Assembly: GCA_965116495.1 (NCBI GenBank)
Contig: OZ220696.1
Span: 224,001 to 288,000 of the forward strand
Direction of reading: 5' to 3'
Length of the DNA stretch: 64,000 bases
DNA from: Gammaproteobacteria bacterium
Lineage (GTDB): Bacteria; Pseudomonadota; Gammaproteobacteria; Eutrophobiales; Eutrophobiaceae
Under the pieces are notes generated by a model that was not told where the DNA came from, searched no databases, and worked only from the letters and a program-made list of their open reading frames with translations. Numbering within the stretch: position 1 is the first letter of the stretch; each line of letters begins with the position of its first letter. This document shows positions 19,953 to 29,753 of the stretch, piece after piece. The position numbers and the translations under genes are program-made.

Positions 19953-20375
19953 TTATGACTGATCCACGTTACGTGAGTAACCGCCGGGTCTTTTAAACAG
20001 TTCATCCGAATCCGTATCCAGCCTGGGGATATCCATTAGCGCGTCGGCCAATGAGCGTTTTTTCTCATTGCTGATTTTCCTTAAAGAATCTTCCAGCATT
20101 TCATAATCACCTAGGTGGGCCCGCATCAGACTTTTCCAGAGCTTCCCGTGATTCGGAACGAAAAAATGAAGCAGTTCGTGGACGATGACGTAATCCCAGA
20201 GTTCATCATCAAGGGCGAGTAGTTCGTCATTGAAGTTCAGGTGTCCGTTTGTTGAGCAGGATGCCCACTTGTTATTCATTGGTCGGATGCCCAGCCAGAC
20301 GATGTTGACGTCCAACTGTTCAGCCCAGTGACGAACGCGTTGTTTGAACTCCTGTTTTTGAGCGGCTGACGTCAT
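19953..20375 (-). CDS. YgjP/SprT-like (DUF45) metal-dependent hydrolase
   Basis: KWASCS, YVIVHELLH..VPNH HEXXH motif; directly after hsdR. Confidence 0.85.
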   Translation of the reverse strand: MTSAAQKQEFKQRVRHWAEQLDVNIVWLGIRPMNNKWASCSTNGHLNFNDELLALDDELWDYVIVHELLHFFVPNHGKLWKSLMRAHLGDYEMLEDSLRKISNEKKRSLADALMDIPRLDTDSDELFKRPGGYSRNVDQS

Positions 20376-20378
20376 AAA

Positions 20379-23315
20379 TCAAATCCTGTCTGCTGTCTCC
20401 AGTAACGTGAACAAATCATCAACGAGGGACGCAACTTTATTGAGATCCTCTGTTTCCTCGTATATTACAAATGTCACTCTTTTGCGCAGTTCACGCAAGG
20501 CATCCTCACTTACTCTCCAATTAGGAAAGTCAGAAAAAGCCCGGCGAATTTTTCGACTTGCCACCTCTGAGTTTTCAATCCCGGCATCCAGCAGGCTTCG
20601 ATAAACAAAATATGTCAGTCCGTCAAAGGACTTCTCCACCTGTTCCCTTTTACGTTCCTCGTTCTTTTCCGCTTCCTTGATTAGTTCTTCAAGGGCTTCC
20701 GCTGTGCTGGACTGGCGGTTTTCAAAACTTTCCTGAACGGCCTGGGCACGTTTGGCCATGGCAATGAGATATGGATCGTCGCTGCTTTCGTCCGCCGACT
20801 TCTCGATGGCCTTGATCAAGTTAACGACCTTGATTGCATCGCCACTGTTTTGTTTCTTGATGAGTTCAATGGTGTCCGCATTGATCTCAATGCGATCTTC
20901 TAACGGTCTTACGCCATAAGAATCCACATGAGCACGGACCAGGTCTTGCGTTTTTCTTTGAAATTCCCTGTCGACCTGGACGCGTTTGGTATAGGCCTTG
21001 CGTACCACCTGAAACATTGCGGTTAATGTCCCATAAGTCTCGATGAAAGGACGTAAAAAAACATCGGGGGAGATGATTTCATACAGCATCTCGATCTCTC
21101 TGTATTCCTTGAAGAACGCTTTCCGGCGCTCAGGGTCGCGGAAATGTTCAGTAAGTGTGTCAACGTCCTTGTCGTTGAATCCGCTTTCAATAAGAGACAG
21201 GTATCCGGGAACCTGTTGCTCCATCTTGTTCCGGAACAGGAGTTTGAGCAACTTGATGTCTTTTACGATGGCGTTGATTTCATCACTGTCGAAGGCGAGG
21301 GCTTTTTCAAGTTGTTCGAAAATACCGACAAAATCGAGAACAAAGCCGTGGGGCTTGACCATCTTCTGCGCCTCGTTCTCATAAGGACGGTTCACCCGCG
21401 CGATGGCCTGGAGCAGTGTATGGTCGCGCATCGGCTTGTCGAGATACATTGCATAGAGCAATGGCGCATCAAAGCCGGTCAGCAGTTTTTCGGTGACAAT
21501 CAGAATCTTCGGTTGCTGGTCAAGCTTTGTGAAACGCTTGCGAATCTGCCGCTCCTTTTTTTTATCAAGGTGAAATTCCTTCAACAGGGCAGAATCATTG
21601 TTGTTTCCGGTGTAAACGACCTCGGAATAATCGGGTGGGAGACCAAGCTTATCGAATTCAGTATCCAGAGCATGCTTGTAGTGGGCACAGGCTTCGCGGT
21701 CAACACCAACGAGGAAGGCTTTGTAACCGAGCGGCTCGACATGCTCGCGGTAATGCCCGGCCACGAACTGTGCTACCCGTTTGACACGCTCATTGCCTTT
21801 AAGGAAGTTTTTGAGGTTGACTGCGCGCTCCAGGACTTTATTCAATTCTTCGATGTCGGCAACGCCCTCAGCTTCAGCGAGGGAGAGGAACTCCGCATCC
21901 AATGTCTCGTGCGGCACGCGCATTTCGTTGGGGGCAAGCTGGTAGTACAGCGGCAGGGTCGTGCCGTCATCTATACTGTCGGAGATGGAATATTTGTGCA
22001 GGTAGCCCTGGTCGTCCTCGCAGCCGAAAGTCTTGAATGTGCCCTTTCCATATGCGGTTTTGTCCACCGGGGTGCCGGTGAAACCGATGTAGGTTGCCTT
22101 CGGCAAGCCGGCCATAAGATAGTTGCCCAGGTCGCCGCCGGTGGTCCGGTGGGCTTCGTCGATGAGTACGTATATGTTTGAGCGGGTATTAAGATCTGCC
22201 GGCATACCATGAAACTTGTGGATCATCGTTACGATAATGCCGCGGTAGTCGTCCTTCAGCAGACGGTTAAGCCGGGCGATGGTGTCGGCGTGCTTCAGGT
22301 TGCTGAGACCGACCGCTTCCAGGTTCTTGAGCATCTGATCTTCCAGTTCGTTACGGTCGATCATCAGTAGAATGGTTGGCTTGTCTGCCGCCGGCGCGCG
22401 GAAAAGCAGTTCCGCCGCCTTAATCATGGTGAAGGTCTTTCCACTGCCCTGGGTATGCCAGATGAGGCCGCGGGTCCGGTCAGGATTGAGCGCGCGCTCA
22501 ATGATTGCGCCCACGGCGCCGGTCTGGTGCTGGCTTAAACTGTATTTGTTCAGTTCCTCGTCTTTCTCGGCAAAGATAATGTAGTCCTTCAGGTACGAGA
22601 GCACCTGCGGAATGGCACAGAAGCTTTTCACCTTGGCTTCCAACTGACCGATCTGTTCGTTTTTCCAGTTGAAAATATTACGCCGCGCCGTATTCCACGT
22701 TACGCCGTAGGAAAAACCGATAGCGTCGGTGGCGGTGAAGAGTTGCTCGGGGACGAACAGTTCCGGCGTCTCCCGGTGGTAACGACGGATTTGATCTACG
22801 CCGAGGGCGATAGCCTCGTCTTTGTCGGCGTTTTTACATTCGATTACCAGTACCGGGATACCGTTGATGAGAAACACCACATCTTCGCGCGTGCCGTAAT
22901 GACCGTTGTTAAAGGCCCATTCTTCGGTGACCTCGAAAATATTTCGCTTTGGGTCGTCATAATCGATCAGGATCAGGTCGCGTTCGCGGTTATTATCCTG
23001 GTCAAAAAACTTGCCCTTGTTGCGCAGGTAATCGATGAATTCGCGGTTGCCATAGATGTTAGTGTGCAGGTGGCGAAATTGGTTGAGTAGCGCGCCCTGC
23101 TGCTCAGTGTAAAGGGGATTAAATTCCCGTACCTTGGTATAGAGCAAGTCGTCGAAGTAGAGCGAGGCATCTCTGTTGCGATCGGTGGCCGACGCATCCG
23201 GATCAAACCCGCGCCGCTGCTCAGCCTCCTCGCTAGGTACAAATATCCAGCCAATATCCTGTGCGTACTGAAGAATACGGGCCTGGACGGTTTTGTGTTC
23301 GGAAGGAGTGGGCAT
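20379..23315 (-). CDS. hsdR: Type I restriction endonuclease subunit R
   Basis: EDVVFLINGIPV.VIECK nuclease motif, HTQGSGKT, DEAH, FTGTP, LLTGFDAP, LLQAIARVNR. Confidence 0.95.
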   Translation of the reverse strand: MPTPSEHKTVQARILQYAQDIGWIFVPSEEAEQRRGFDPDASATDRNRDASLYFDDLLYTKVREFNPLYTEQQGALLNQFRHLHTNIYGNREFIDYLRNKGKFFDQDNNRERDLILIDYDDPKRNIFEVTEEWAFNNGHYGTREDVVFLINGIPVLVIECKNADKDEAIALGVDQIRRYHRETPELFVPEQLFTATDAIGFSYGVTWNTARRNIFNWKNEQIGQLEAKVKSFCAIPQVLSYLKDYIIFAEKDEELNKYSLSQHQTGAVGAIIERALNPDRTRGLIWHTQGSGKTFTMIKAAELLFRAPAADKPTILLMIDRNELEDQMLKNLEAVGLSNLKHADTIARLNRLLKDDYRGIIVTMIHKFHGMPADLNTRSNIYVLIDEAHRTTGGDLGNYLMAGLPKATYIGFTGTPVDKTAYGKGTFKTFGCEDDQGYLHKYSISDSIDDGTTLPLYYQLAPNEMRVPHETLDAEFLSLAEAEGVADIEELNKVLERAVNLKNFLKGNERVKRVAQFVAGHYREHVEPLGYKAFLVGVDREACAHYKHALDTEFDKLGLPPDYSEVVYTGNNNDSALLKEFHLDKKKERQIRKRFTKLDQQPKILIVTEKLLTGFDAPLLYAMYLDKPMRDHTLLQAIARVNRPYENEAQKMVKPHGFVLDFVGIFEQLEKALAFDSDEINAIVKDIKLLKLLFRNKMEQQVPGYLSLIESGFNDKDVDTLTEHFRDPERRKAFFKEYREIEMLYEIISPDVFLRPFIETYGTLTAMFQVVRKAYTKRVQVDREFQRKTQDLVRAHVDSYGVRPLEDRIEINADTIELIKKQNSGDAIKVVNLIKAIEKSADESSDDPYLIAMAKRAQAVQESFENRQSSTAEALEELIKEAEKNEERKREQVEKSFDGLTYFVYRSLLDAGIENSEVASRKIRRAFSDFPNWRVSEDALRELRKRVTFVIYEETEDLNKVASLVDDLFTLLETADRI

Positions 23316-23483
23316 GAGCTTCAGTTCCAGGTTCGATACGCCTCCATGAATCGGCAGTACTTCAAGATCGCGACACAATGTCGCGATTTATGTCGCGATA
23401 GCAACCCTTTGCATGGCCCCTGTTTGGTTGAACAACAGTTGCGCCGAGTATAGCAGCAATGACATCTTGTTTCTCAATACAAT

Positions 23484-23816
23484 TTGGAGTTATGGTTATA
23501 CATTATGAAACACACAGTGGCATTAGACGAGGCGAAAATACGCACCATCGTGGATAAGAATCCAGTTATGGAGGAGACCTTCAAAGTGTGGCGCGACCTG
23601 TCGGTAGACCCTGAGATATTGGGTATTGAGGAAGCGCACCGCAAGGCCCGGCTGGACTGTAACACGAACATGTTGGTGAGCAGGGCAGAAGGCAGGGCAG
23701 AGGGCAAAATTGAAAGCGCCCGCGTTATGTTGGAGAAAGACTACCCCTTGCAAGAGGTCAGTGAAATCACAGGTCTCAGCCCCAAACAGCTTAGAGACGC
23801 TGGTTTAATCCGGTAA
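23484..23816 (+). CDS. Orphan C-terminal portion of an Rpn (PD-(D/E)XK) family protein
   Basis: LWLYIMK, RAEGRAEGKIE.AR.ML, EITGLS tail typical of Rpn C-termini; nuclease domain absent. Confidence 0.65.
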   Translation: MELWLYIMKHTVALDEAKIRTIVDKNPVMEETFKVWRDLSVDPEILGIEEAHRKARLDCNTNMLVSRAEGRAEGKIESARVMLEKDYPLQEVSEITGLSPKQLRDAGLIR

Positions 23817-23928
23817 TACTAGGGAGCCACCTTCGGTAACGTGTTATCGACCGGAGACCGGGTCAGGCCCGGCATGGCGGTTCTGGATGGCTTTGTGTTC
23901 GGTGGGAGCCTGCATCTCTCCTCTTTTT

Positions 23929-25086
23929 CTACCTGTTCTTCGCTTCCCCAGGACGCTTCGTGGGTAATCCAATGGCCGCGCCCAGTTCATCCGCCGTTGG
24001 CAGCTTGCCTTTCAGTTCCTTCGGCAAGGTTGGTTTTAACTGATATTCCGCCACACCGATCGGGTTGGTTTTTGATTTAAGTGCAAACTCGACCACCACG
24101 TCATCCTTTTCTGCGCATAGGATAATCCCGATGGATGGGTTGTCATCGGTCGCCCGTTCCTTTTCATTCAGCGCATTCAGATAGAAATCCATCTTGCCGG
24201 CGAACTCCGGCTGAAATTCACCGATCTTCAGTTCAATAGCGACGAGGCATTTGAGGAAGCGATGATAGAAGAGCAGATCAATAAAGTATTCCTTCTTCCC
24301 GGCTACCACCCGATGTTGCCTGCCGATGAAACAGAAACCGTAACCGAGTTCCAGGATGAAATCTTTCAACTGCTCAATCAGCTTGTCTTCCAACTCCCGT
24401 TCCTTAATCTCCCGACCAATGCCAAGAAATTCCAGGTTGTAGGAACTTTTCAGCGATTCCTCCGCCTGCTCAGCAAGGTGCTCCGGCAGAGCGAGAGGGA
24501 AATTGTGTGCTTTTCCTTCGGCCAGGCTGCGCCCGTAGGCATCCGCTTTGATTTGGTTCAGCAGAACAGACCGTGTCCAGCCGCATTGGGCCGTGGTGTA
24601 AAGGTAGTAAAGGCGTTCTTTGGGTTCGGATAGCTTGTTGAGGATTAGCAAATTGTGGCTCCAAGGAACTTCTACGACGAGTTGTCTCAGCTTGTCTGTG
24701 ATTTCAGTTTCTTCCAATTTGGCAACAGCTTGTTGCCGATTTGGAGCAGGCAATCCCATGGCGGGCAATTTGGCAACAGCTTGTTGCCAAATTGCAGTGT
24801 TGGCGTAAGTGCTGAACAAACGTTTCATATTTCGCAGATTTCGTGATGAAAATCCTTTCGTCTCTGGAAAAGCTCGCCTGAGATCTCCCGAAAGCTGCTC
24901 TATTACCGATTCGCCCCAGCCAAGTTCCTCCTGTTTCTCCACGATCCCGCGTCCGATGTCCCAGTAGAGCAGGGTCAGGTCGCGGTTCACCGAGCGTGCC
25001 GCCGAGATCCGGGCCGATTGAATCCGCGATTTTACTTCGACCAGCCAAGCGGCGTAGTCAGGAGATAGGATTATTTTGACAGGCAT
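23929..25086 (-). CDS. YhcG/DUF1016 PDDEXK nuclease domain protein
   Basis: LYWDIG..I, GWG..VI..LS.DL, GFS.RNL..M, PWSHN, ELGYGF.FIGRQ, IDLLFYH, IELK, GIILC. Confidence 0.92.
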   Translation of the reverse strand: MPVKIILSPDYAAWLVEVKSRIQSARISAARSVNRDLTLLYWDIGRGIVEKQEELGWGESVIEQLSGDLRRAFPETKGFSSRNLRNMKRLFSTYANTAIWQQAVAKLPAMGLPAPNRQQAVAKLEETEITDKLRQLVVEVPWSHNLLILNKLSEPKERLYYLYTTAQCGWTRSVLLNQIKADAYGRSLAEGKAHNFPLALPEHLAEQAEESLKSSYNLEFLGIGREIKERELEDKLIEQLKDFILELGYGFCFIGRQHRVVAGKKEYFIDLLFYHRFLKCLVAIELKIGEFQPEFAGKMDFYLNALNEKERATDDNPSIGIILCAEKDDVVVEFALKSKTNPIGVAEYQLKPTLPKELKGKLPTADELGAAIGLPTKRPGEAKNR

Positions 25087-25092
25087 GGTCTT

Positions 25093-25434
25093 TCACAGAA
25101 ATTCTATCTGCTGGGTAATTGTCTCGTCCTTGTGGGCGTTCTTGCACTCACTCACCAGGACTGGACTGCGGTTGGTGTGAATATGGAAATGGTGAAATTG
25201 ATTGAGAAAGGCGCCCTCGGTTTCAGCACAGTGAGGGATAAATTTCCGCACCTGGGTATCAAGTAAGTTGTCGAAGAAGAGCGAGACACCCTTGGGGCGA
25301 TCTTCGGATGGCGCATCTGGACCATAACTGCGCTGGTGCTCGGCTTCATCGCGAGACACAACGATCCAGCCGATGTCCTGTGCGAATTTGAGAAAGCGGG
25401 CATGGGCGTTTTTGTGTACGGAGTGTGTTGACAT
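25093..25434 (-). pseudogene. Degenerate 5' fragment of hsdR
   Basis: AQDIGW, SLFFDNLL, LNQF.H and PVLVSECKNAHKDE align with the N-terminus of intact HsdR, with a large internal deletion. Confidence 0.85.
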
Positions 25435-25437
25435 AAT

Positions 25438-27294
25438 TTATTCGGCCATTCGGTTAGCGATCTTAGTAATCTCAGCTTCGGTTAGGCGAGCCAGAGTCCA
25501 ACCCTTCGCGAACTTAGCAGTCTCCGATTTTGGGAGTTGTTCATCTGCTAGATCACGTATGCGAACCCGCGCTGGCATAGCTGCACCTTCACCGACAAAG
25601 ATGGCCTCCTGCTGAGCTAGATTCGGTAAAGCCTTAGTCATTCCGGACAAGCCATCGGGCAAGAAACGAGAAACGTGTTGTTGATCCGCTGCATTCGTAA
25701 GCCTCAGAACAAGCCACGTAGCGCACTGAGATATCACGGTGCTTTCAATATCGGACGGCCTCTGACTAACAAGCATCAACCCAATGCCGTATTTTCGCCC
25801 TTCTCGAGCTATCCTGCGGATAGCTGTTTGAGCTGCTGCATATTCCGCTTCGCCCCTGTCTGGTACATATCGGTGCGCTTCCTCACATACAAGAACAACT
25901 GGATCTCGCCTTCTTTCATCAGTGGTTTGATAGACTTTATACTGAAACAAGAGGCGAGCCAACATTGCGGCCAATGGACCAGCGACTTCGTTCGGGAGGC
26001 CGGAGATATCCAATATCCGAATATCCTGCTCGGCACCGCCGTTGCTCTGGATTTGGCCGACTAACTGACCAATAATGTGACCAAGAGGGTAGCTTTCATT
26101 GGTCCACTCTCGCATCATGAACTGAATTCTTGGATCGCGGCGTAATACGGAGAGCTTATCCAAAATTGATTTAAAATCCTTCGTAAAGTCACCTGCAGGA
26201 ACGCGTTCTGTTACTTGCGTCCCCTTCTTCAAGCGAGCTGCTTGGAGAAACTCTATATGCTTCCTAACTTCATCAAGACTAAATGGTCGAGGTTTATCTC
26301 TATCGAACTCTACGATTCTCTCGACCTTAATACCGCCCTTCGGACGTGGCGAATCTGGCTCGGAACCATCGTTCGGAATCTCAACCCCATATTCTGAGGG
26401 AGACGGCTCAATTAGACCTGCAGCTACCATGCGAGCGTAAGTCAATGCCTTGTAAATAATATTATTTTGAGACGTTGCTTCTCTCTCGGTTTTTCCAATA
26501 ACGAGTAATCTGAACTCATCGGCACTCATTAGCCAGTAGGGAAGACTTATCGGAATACCAGTCGTCTCTTCATTTCCAAGTGGGTCGTAGGCACGATAAA
26601 CGATAGCACGCTCATTGAACGCATTGCCGTATTCCCCATGAGGATCAATGACGAGAATTCGCGGATGGCAGGCCATGTTCGGCACTGGGGAGTGATCCAG
26701 CATGCTGTGAAGCAAGGCAGCGACAGCACCAGACTTTCCTGAACCTGTAGAACCAAGCACTGCACAATGCATACCCAGCATTTTATCCACGTTTGCCCGG
26801 CAGGCGGTATTGTCTGCTCCTACATAATAAGCAAATGGAACGAGGGGGTTATATTCTTCGTGCTTCTGTTGCCCTTCAGCAGCAGAGTAAATCTGCTTAG
26901 TCTCTTCGCGTGTAAGAAGATGCACGCTTTGACGAGGTAATGGGTAGGTTGTAACACCCCGAATAAACCGCAATTGTTGTTCTGCTGCATTCCAAATGCC
27001 TTCTGCGAATAACTCTACTTCCATTATCCGTTGATCTGCGTCTGGAGGAATGGGTTTCGTAATTTCAAGAAGTTCCTCGGATCGCATTCGCAACAGAGTC
27101 ACAAATCCGAAAACAAGGTGCCTTCCAAAATGGACCTTTACGATGCTTCCAATTTGTCCGATGGGATAAACCCGTCCTTCATAAATTCGGGTAAGCTCAG
27201 TGACGTCTCCCGATAGCTCTACCCGAATGGTAGTTCCTGATACCTCGACGATGTGTCCAATCTTCAGGTCGGAAATAAGATCAAACGTACTCAT
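25438..27294 (-). CDS. HerA/FtsK-family ATPase (Sir2-HerA defence system)
   Basis: HAS-barrel N-terminus, Walker A GSTGSGKS, IDPHGEY, Walker B EEAHRY, REGRKYG, SQRPS; ATGA-coupled to the SIR2 gene. Confidence 0.92.
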   Translation of the reverse strand: MSTFDLISDLKIGHIVEVSGTTIRVELSGDVTELTRIYEGRVYPIGQIGSIVKVHFGRHLVFGFVTLLRMRSEELLEITKPIPPDADQRIMEVELFAEGIWNAAEQQLRFIRGVTTYPLPRQSVHLLTREETKQIYSAAEGQQKHEEYNPLVPFAYYVGADNTACRANVDKMLGMHCAVLGSTGSGKSGAVAALLHSMLDHSPVPNMACHPRILVIDPHGEYGNAFNERAIVYRAYDPLGNEETTGIPISLPYWLMSADEFRLLVIGKTEREATSQNNIIYKALTYARMVAAGLIEPSPSEYGVEIPNDGSEPDSPRPKGGIKVERIVEFDRDKPRPFSLDEVRKHIEFLQAARLKKGTQVTERVPAGDFTKDFKSILDKLSVLRRDPRIQFMMREWTNESYPLGHIIGQLVGQIQSNGGAEQDIRILDISGLPNEVAGPLAAMLARLLFQYKVYQTTDERRRDPVVLVCEEAHRYVPDRGEAEYAAAQTAIRRIAREGRKYGIGLMLVSQRPSDIESTVISQCATWLVLRLTNAADQQHVSRFLPDGLSGMTKALPNLAQQEAIFVGEGAAMPARVRIRDLADEQLPKSETAKFAKGWTLARLTEAEITKIANRMAE

Positions 27295-28469
27295 AGTGCG
27301 CATGCCTCCGCTCCGCTGTTTAGTATTTTGATGACGCCAGCAAACTTCCACCAATCTCGTTTTTTTCCGGTAGCCTGTGGCGGATGTGATATATCAGCGC
27401 CGACATGCAATCCATGCTTAGAGATTACATAGACCCGGTTACTCCACGGTTCTGACCCCCATTTTTTAAGGGTCGGATTTAGATTTGGTGTGAAAGCGAG
27501 AACCGTCGTTTTATTCTCTGGGTGTTGAAGTGCCAATTCAATCTCTTGATTAATGTGCTCGTCTCCAAAACTGTATCCACAGGTTACGAGGACGTTCTCT
27601 TCCCGTTGTCCAAGTGATTTACGAAATAGATCAAATTGGGCTGCGAAGGGGTCACGTTGAGTAGCGAGATACTTGGTTGATTGTGGGTAGATGAGTACCC
27701 GGGAAATCTTTTTCGGATAAAGGTCTCCATCCCGGACTCTCCAGACTCGGCCATCTTCCCCCAAGTGCCAATCGATCGACCCATGGAGTTTGATCACGTG
27801 GGCTCTAAAGTGGAGATTTGGTTCATCGTCGCCATATCGATAGCTGCGATGCGCGACTGCGCCGCCGGAGAATCCATCCCAGTATGAGAAGCCTCCAAGT
27901 GCAAGAGCATCTTCGAGGAGAGTGTCATAGTTGGTTGTGAATAGTCTGACTGCTCTCCGGCGTTCTGCCACGCCTGCTTGGCTTCGATTGAAGAGCGCAT
28001 TGACGAATTCCGAATGATTGTTTATAACAACTATTCGATTTTCGTGGGTTCCGACCTCCTCTGGAGTCCCGTCATCTTTCTCAGGCTTGTATCCCCAACG
28101 GATCGTTTCGGCGATCCAAGTTAAAACTCGCTGGTGCAGTTGGTCTAAGTCATCAATTGAAAGGGTGATGTTATCAAATTTGACGATTTTTTCGCTGGAA
28201 CGGTCAGCGATAGTTTTATAGTCACCGAGTTGACTTAAAATGTGTTCAATGTGCGTTTCGTCAGAGAGTTGGTTTTTGATGTATTCAAGTACCTTTAGGT
28301 CGTTCACCACCTCGCTTTCTCTCGCCCTCGCAAACACACGGTCCGTAAGAGGACGCATGAGTGGGACTCCCGCGTCGCGACTGATTCCTGCTCCAAATAA
28401 CCACGACTGGTTGCTCGCAGCCAATAGATTGTCGAGTTGTTTGAGATTGTCATTTGTTATTTGATCCAT
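27291..28469 (-). CDS. SIR2-family NADase (Sir2-HerA defence system)
   Basis: LFGAGIS, FTTNYD, KLHGSIDW, GYSFGDEHIN. Confidence 0.92.
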   Translation of the reverse strand: MDQITNDNLKQLDNLLAASNQSWLFGAGISRDAGVPLMRPLTDRVFARARESEVVNDLKVLEYIKNQLSDETHIEHILSQLGDYKTIADRSSEKIVKFDNITLSIDDLDQLHQRVLTWIAETIRWGYKPEKDDGTPEEVGTHENRIVVINNHSEFVNALFNRSQAGVAERRRAVRLFTTNYDTLLEDALALGGFSYWDGFSGGAVAHRSYRYGDDEPNLHFRAHVIKLHGSIDWHLGEDGRVWRVRDGDLYPKKISRVLIYPQSTKYLATQRDPFAAQFDLFRKSLGQREENVLVTCGYSFGDEHINQEIELALQHPENKTTVLAFTPNLNPTLKKWGSEPWSNRVYVISKHGLHVGADISHPPQATGKKRDWWKFAGVIKILNSGAEACAL

Positions 28470-28490
28470 GAGGTTTGCTTCTCATTGAGG

Positions 28491-29753
28491 TTAGGTTGAA
28501 AGTTCAAAATTCCGTACGCGAATCTTTGCGGTCATCAGTTGGTGAAGGAGAGTGCGGAAAAGGGATTGAAGTGCCAGCTTTTTCTCTTGGTGTGTTTGTA
28601 TTTTTTCATCAATGCCGTGAATTGCGCTCGCAATCTCAACCTGCTCTTCATAGGTAGGATTTGGAATTTGTAGTGAAGAAATCTCGTTCTTATTGTAGTT
28701 GGCTTGATTTACTGCTCTTCGAGCCAGTTTTACGAACACACCTTCTTCCCTGTAGTAATTCATCAAGTGTTTGAGAAAGTAATTGTGAGACTTTTTTTCA
28801 CCAGTGATTATTCGGAGGATAAACGAGGCAAAAATGTGTTTTTCATTTTGGGTACGATAAACCGCGCTTTTGCCAATTAGCGGAGGGCTATTGCGCCAGT
28901 TGAATAAAACGTCGCCATCGTTTAATACAAGACGATTCTTAGTTTTTTCAGGGACTTTGATCCGACGAATATTCGAATAAAGCAGGTTTCCTTGTTTATC
29001 AATATCGGCGGTGCTGACAATCTTTACGCCATCAACAGGTGGCATTTTAGGAATAGCTTGAGAGACACCGTAATCAATTGCCTCAACCGTTTCGACTAAT
29101 GGCTTCACTCCCCAGCTTTCGGGAATTGGGCCGACTTCGGTTTGTTTTTTGGGTTTGTTGCGGATGCCTTCAGTAAAGAGTTTGTTCATAATTGCTTTTT
29201 TCAGTTCGGTAGTTGTCTGAATGATCCGTTCCTGTGCTTCTATCGCCCGTTGTACTGTCGAAAGGATATGCGCGATTTTCTTCTGCTCGCGGAGTGTGGG
29301 GAGTGATAGTTGAAAAACCTTTAGCGACGACCAGGAAGTGCGCGGATGCTGAACGCCAGATGTTGTGGATTTCGCATGATTGATGAACTCATCGCAGTGG
29401 ATCAGGTACTTCAGAAATCCCGATTCACACCTGCCATTTGCACGGAAGACAAGAATGTCAGTTGAACTGATTCCATCGAAATCTGCGTGTGTTCCTTTTC
29501 TCAAATATGGCCGAAGTTTGCCGAATAAAATATCTCCAATTTCGAAAGCTGTTTTCGAAGACTTGACGTCGTTTTCTATTCCACAACCAACGAAAGCAGG
29601 AAACCCTTGAGCAAGATGCTCTAAGCCGACGTAAGGAGTGGTTCCCCCTTCAACTGGCCTGTAGGCATCCTTTACGCGCTCACAGACTTCACCGAACTGG
29701 TAGTTATTCCAACCAGTAGGTAAAGGTCTGATCAGTAGGTTGGAATCACTCAT
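28491..29753 (-). CDS. hsdS: Type I restriction specificity subunit
   Basis: Two TRDs with conserved regions LP.GW, LP.L.EQ.KI..IL, GPIPESW, P..EEQ.EIA, LL..LMT. Confidence 0.93.
   Translation of the reverse strand: MSDSNLLIRPLPTGWNNYQFGEVCERVKDAYRPVEGGTTPYVGLEHLAQGFPAFVGCGIENDVKSSKTAFEIGDILFGKLRPYLRKGTHADFDGISSTDILVFRANGRCESGFLKYLIHCDEFINHAKSTTSGVQHPRTSWSSLKVFQLSLPTLREQKKIAHILSTVQRAIEAQERIIQTTTELKKAIMNKLFTEGIRNKPKKQTEVGPIPESWGVKPLVETVEAIDYGVSQAIPKMPPVDGVKIVSTADIDKQGNLLYSNIRRIKVPEKTKNRLVLNDGDVLFNWRNSPPLIGKSAVYRTQNEKHIFASFILRIITGEKKSHNYFLKHLMNYYREEGVFVKLARRAVNQANYNKNEISSLQIPNPTYEEQVEIASAIHGIDEKIQTHQEKKLALQSLFRTLLHQLMTAKIRVRNFELST

Noticed and set aside
21144-22181. 345-aa plus-strand ORF (also 31036-31845)
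   Set aside because: Antisense shadows of hsdR and hsdM with no motifs
24716-24797. CRISPR-like repeat
   Set aside because: Only two units, inside a coding frame, and no cas genes
28491-29753. Phase-variable hsdS shufflon
   Set aside because: Single hsdS; no inverted silent TRDs, recombinase or simple-sequence repeat seen
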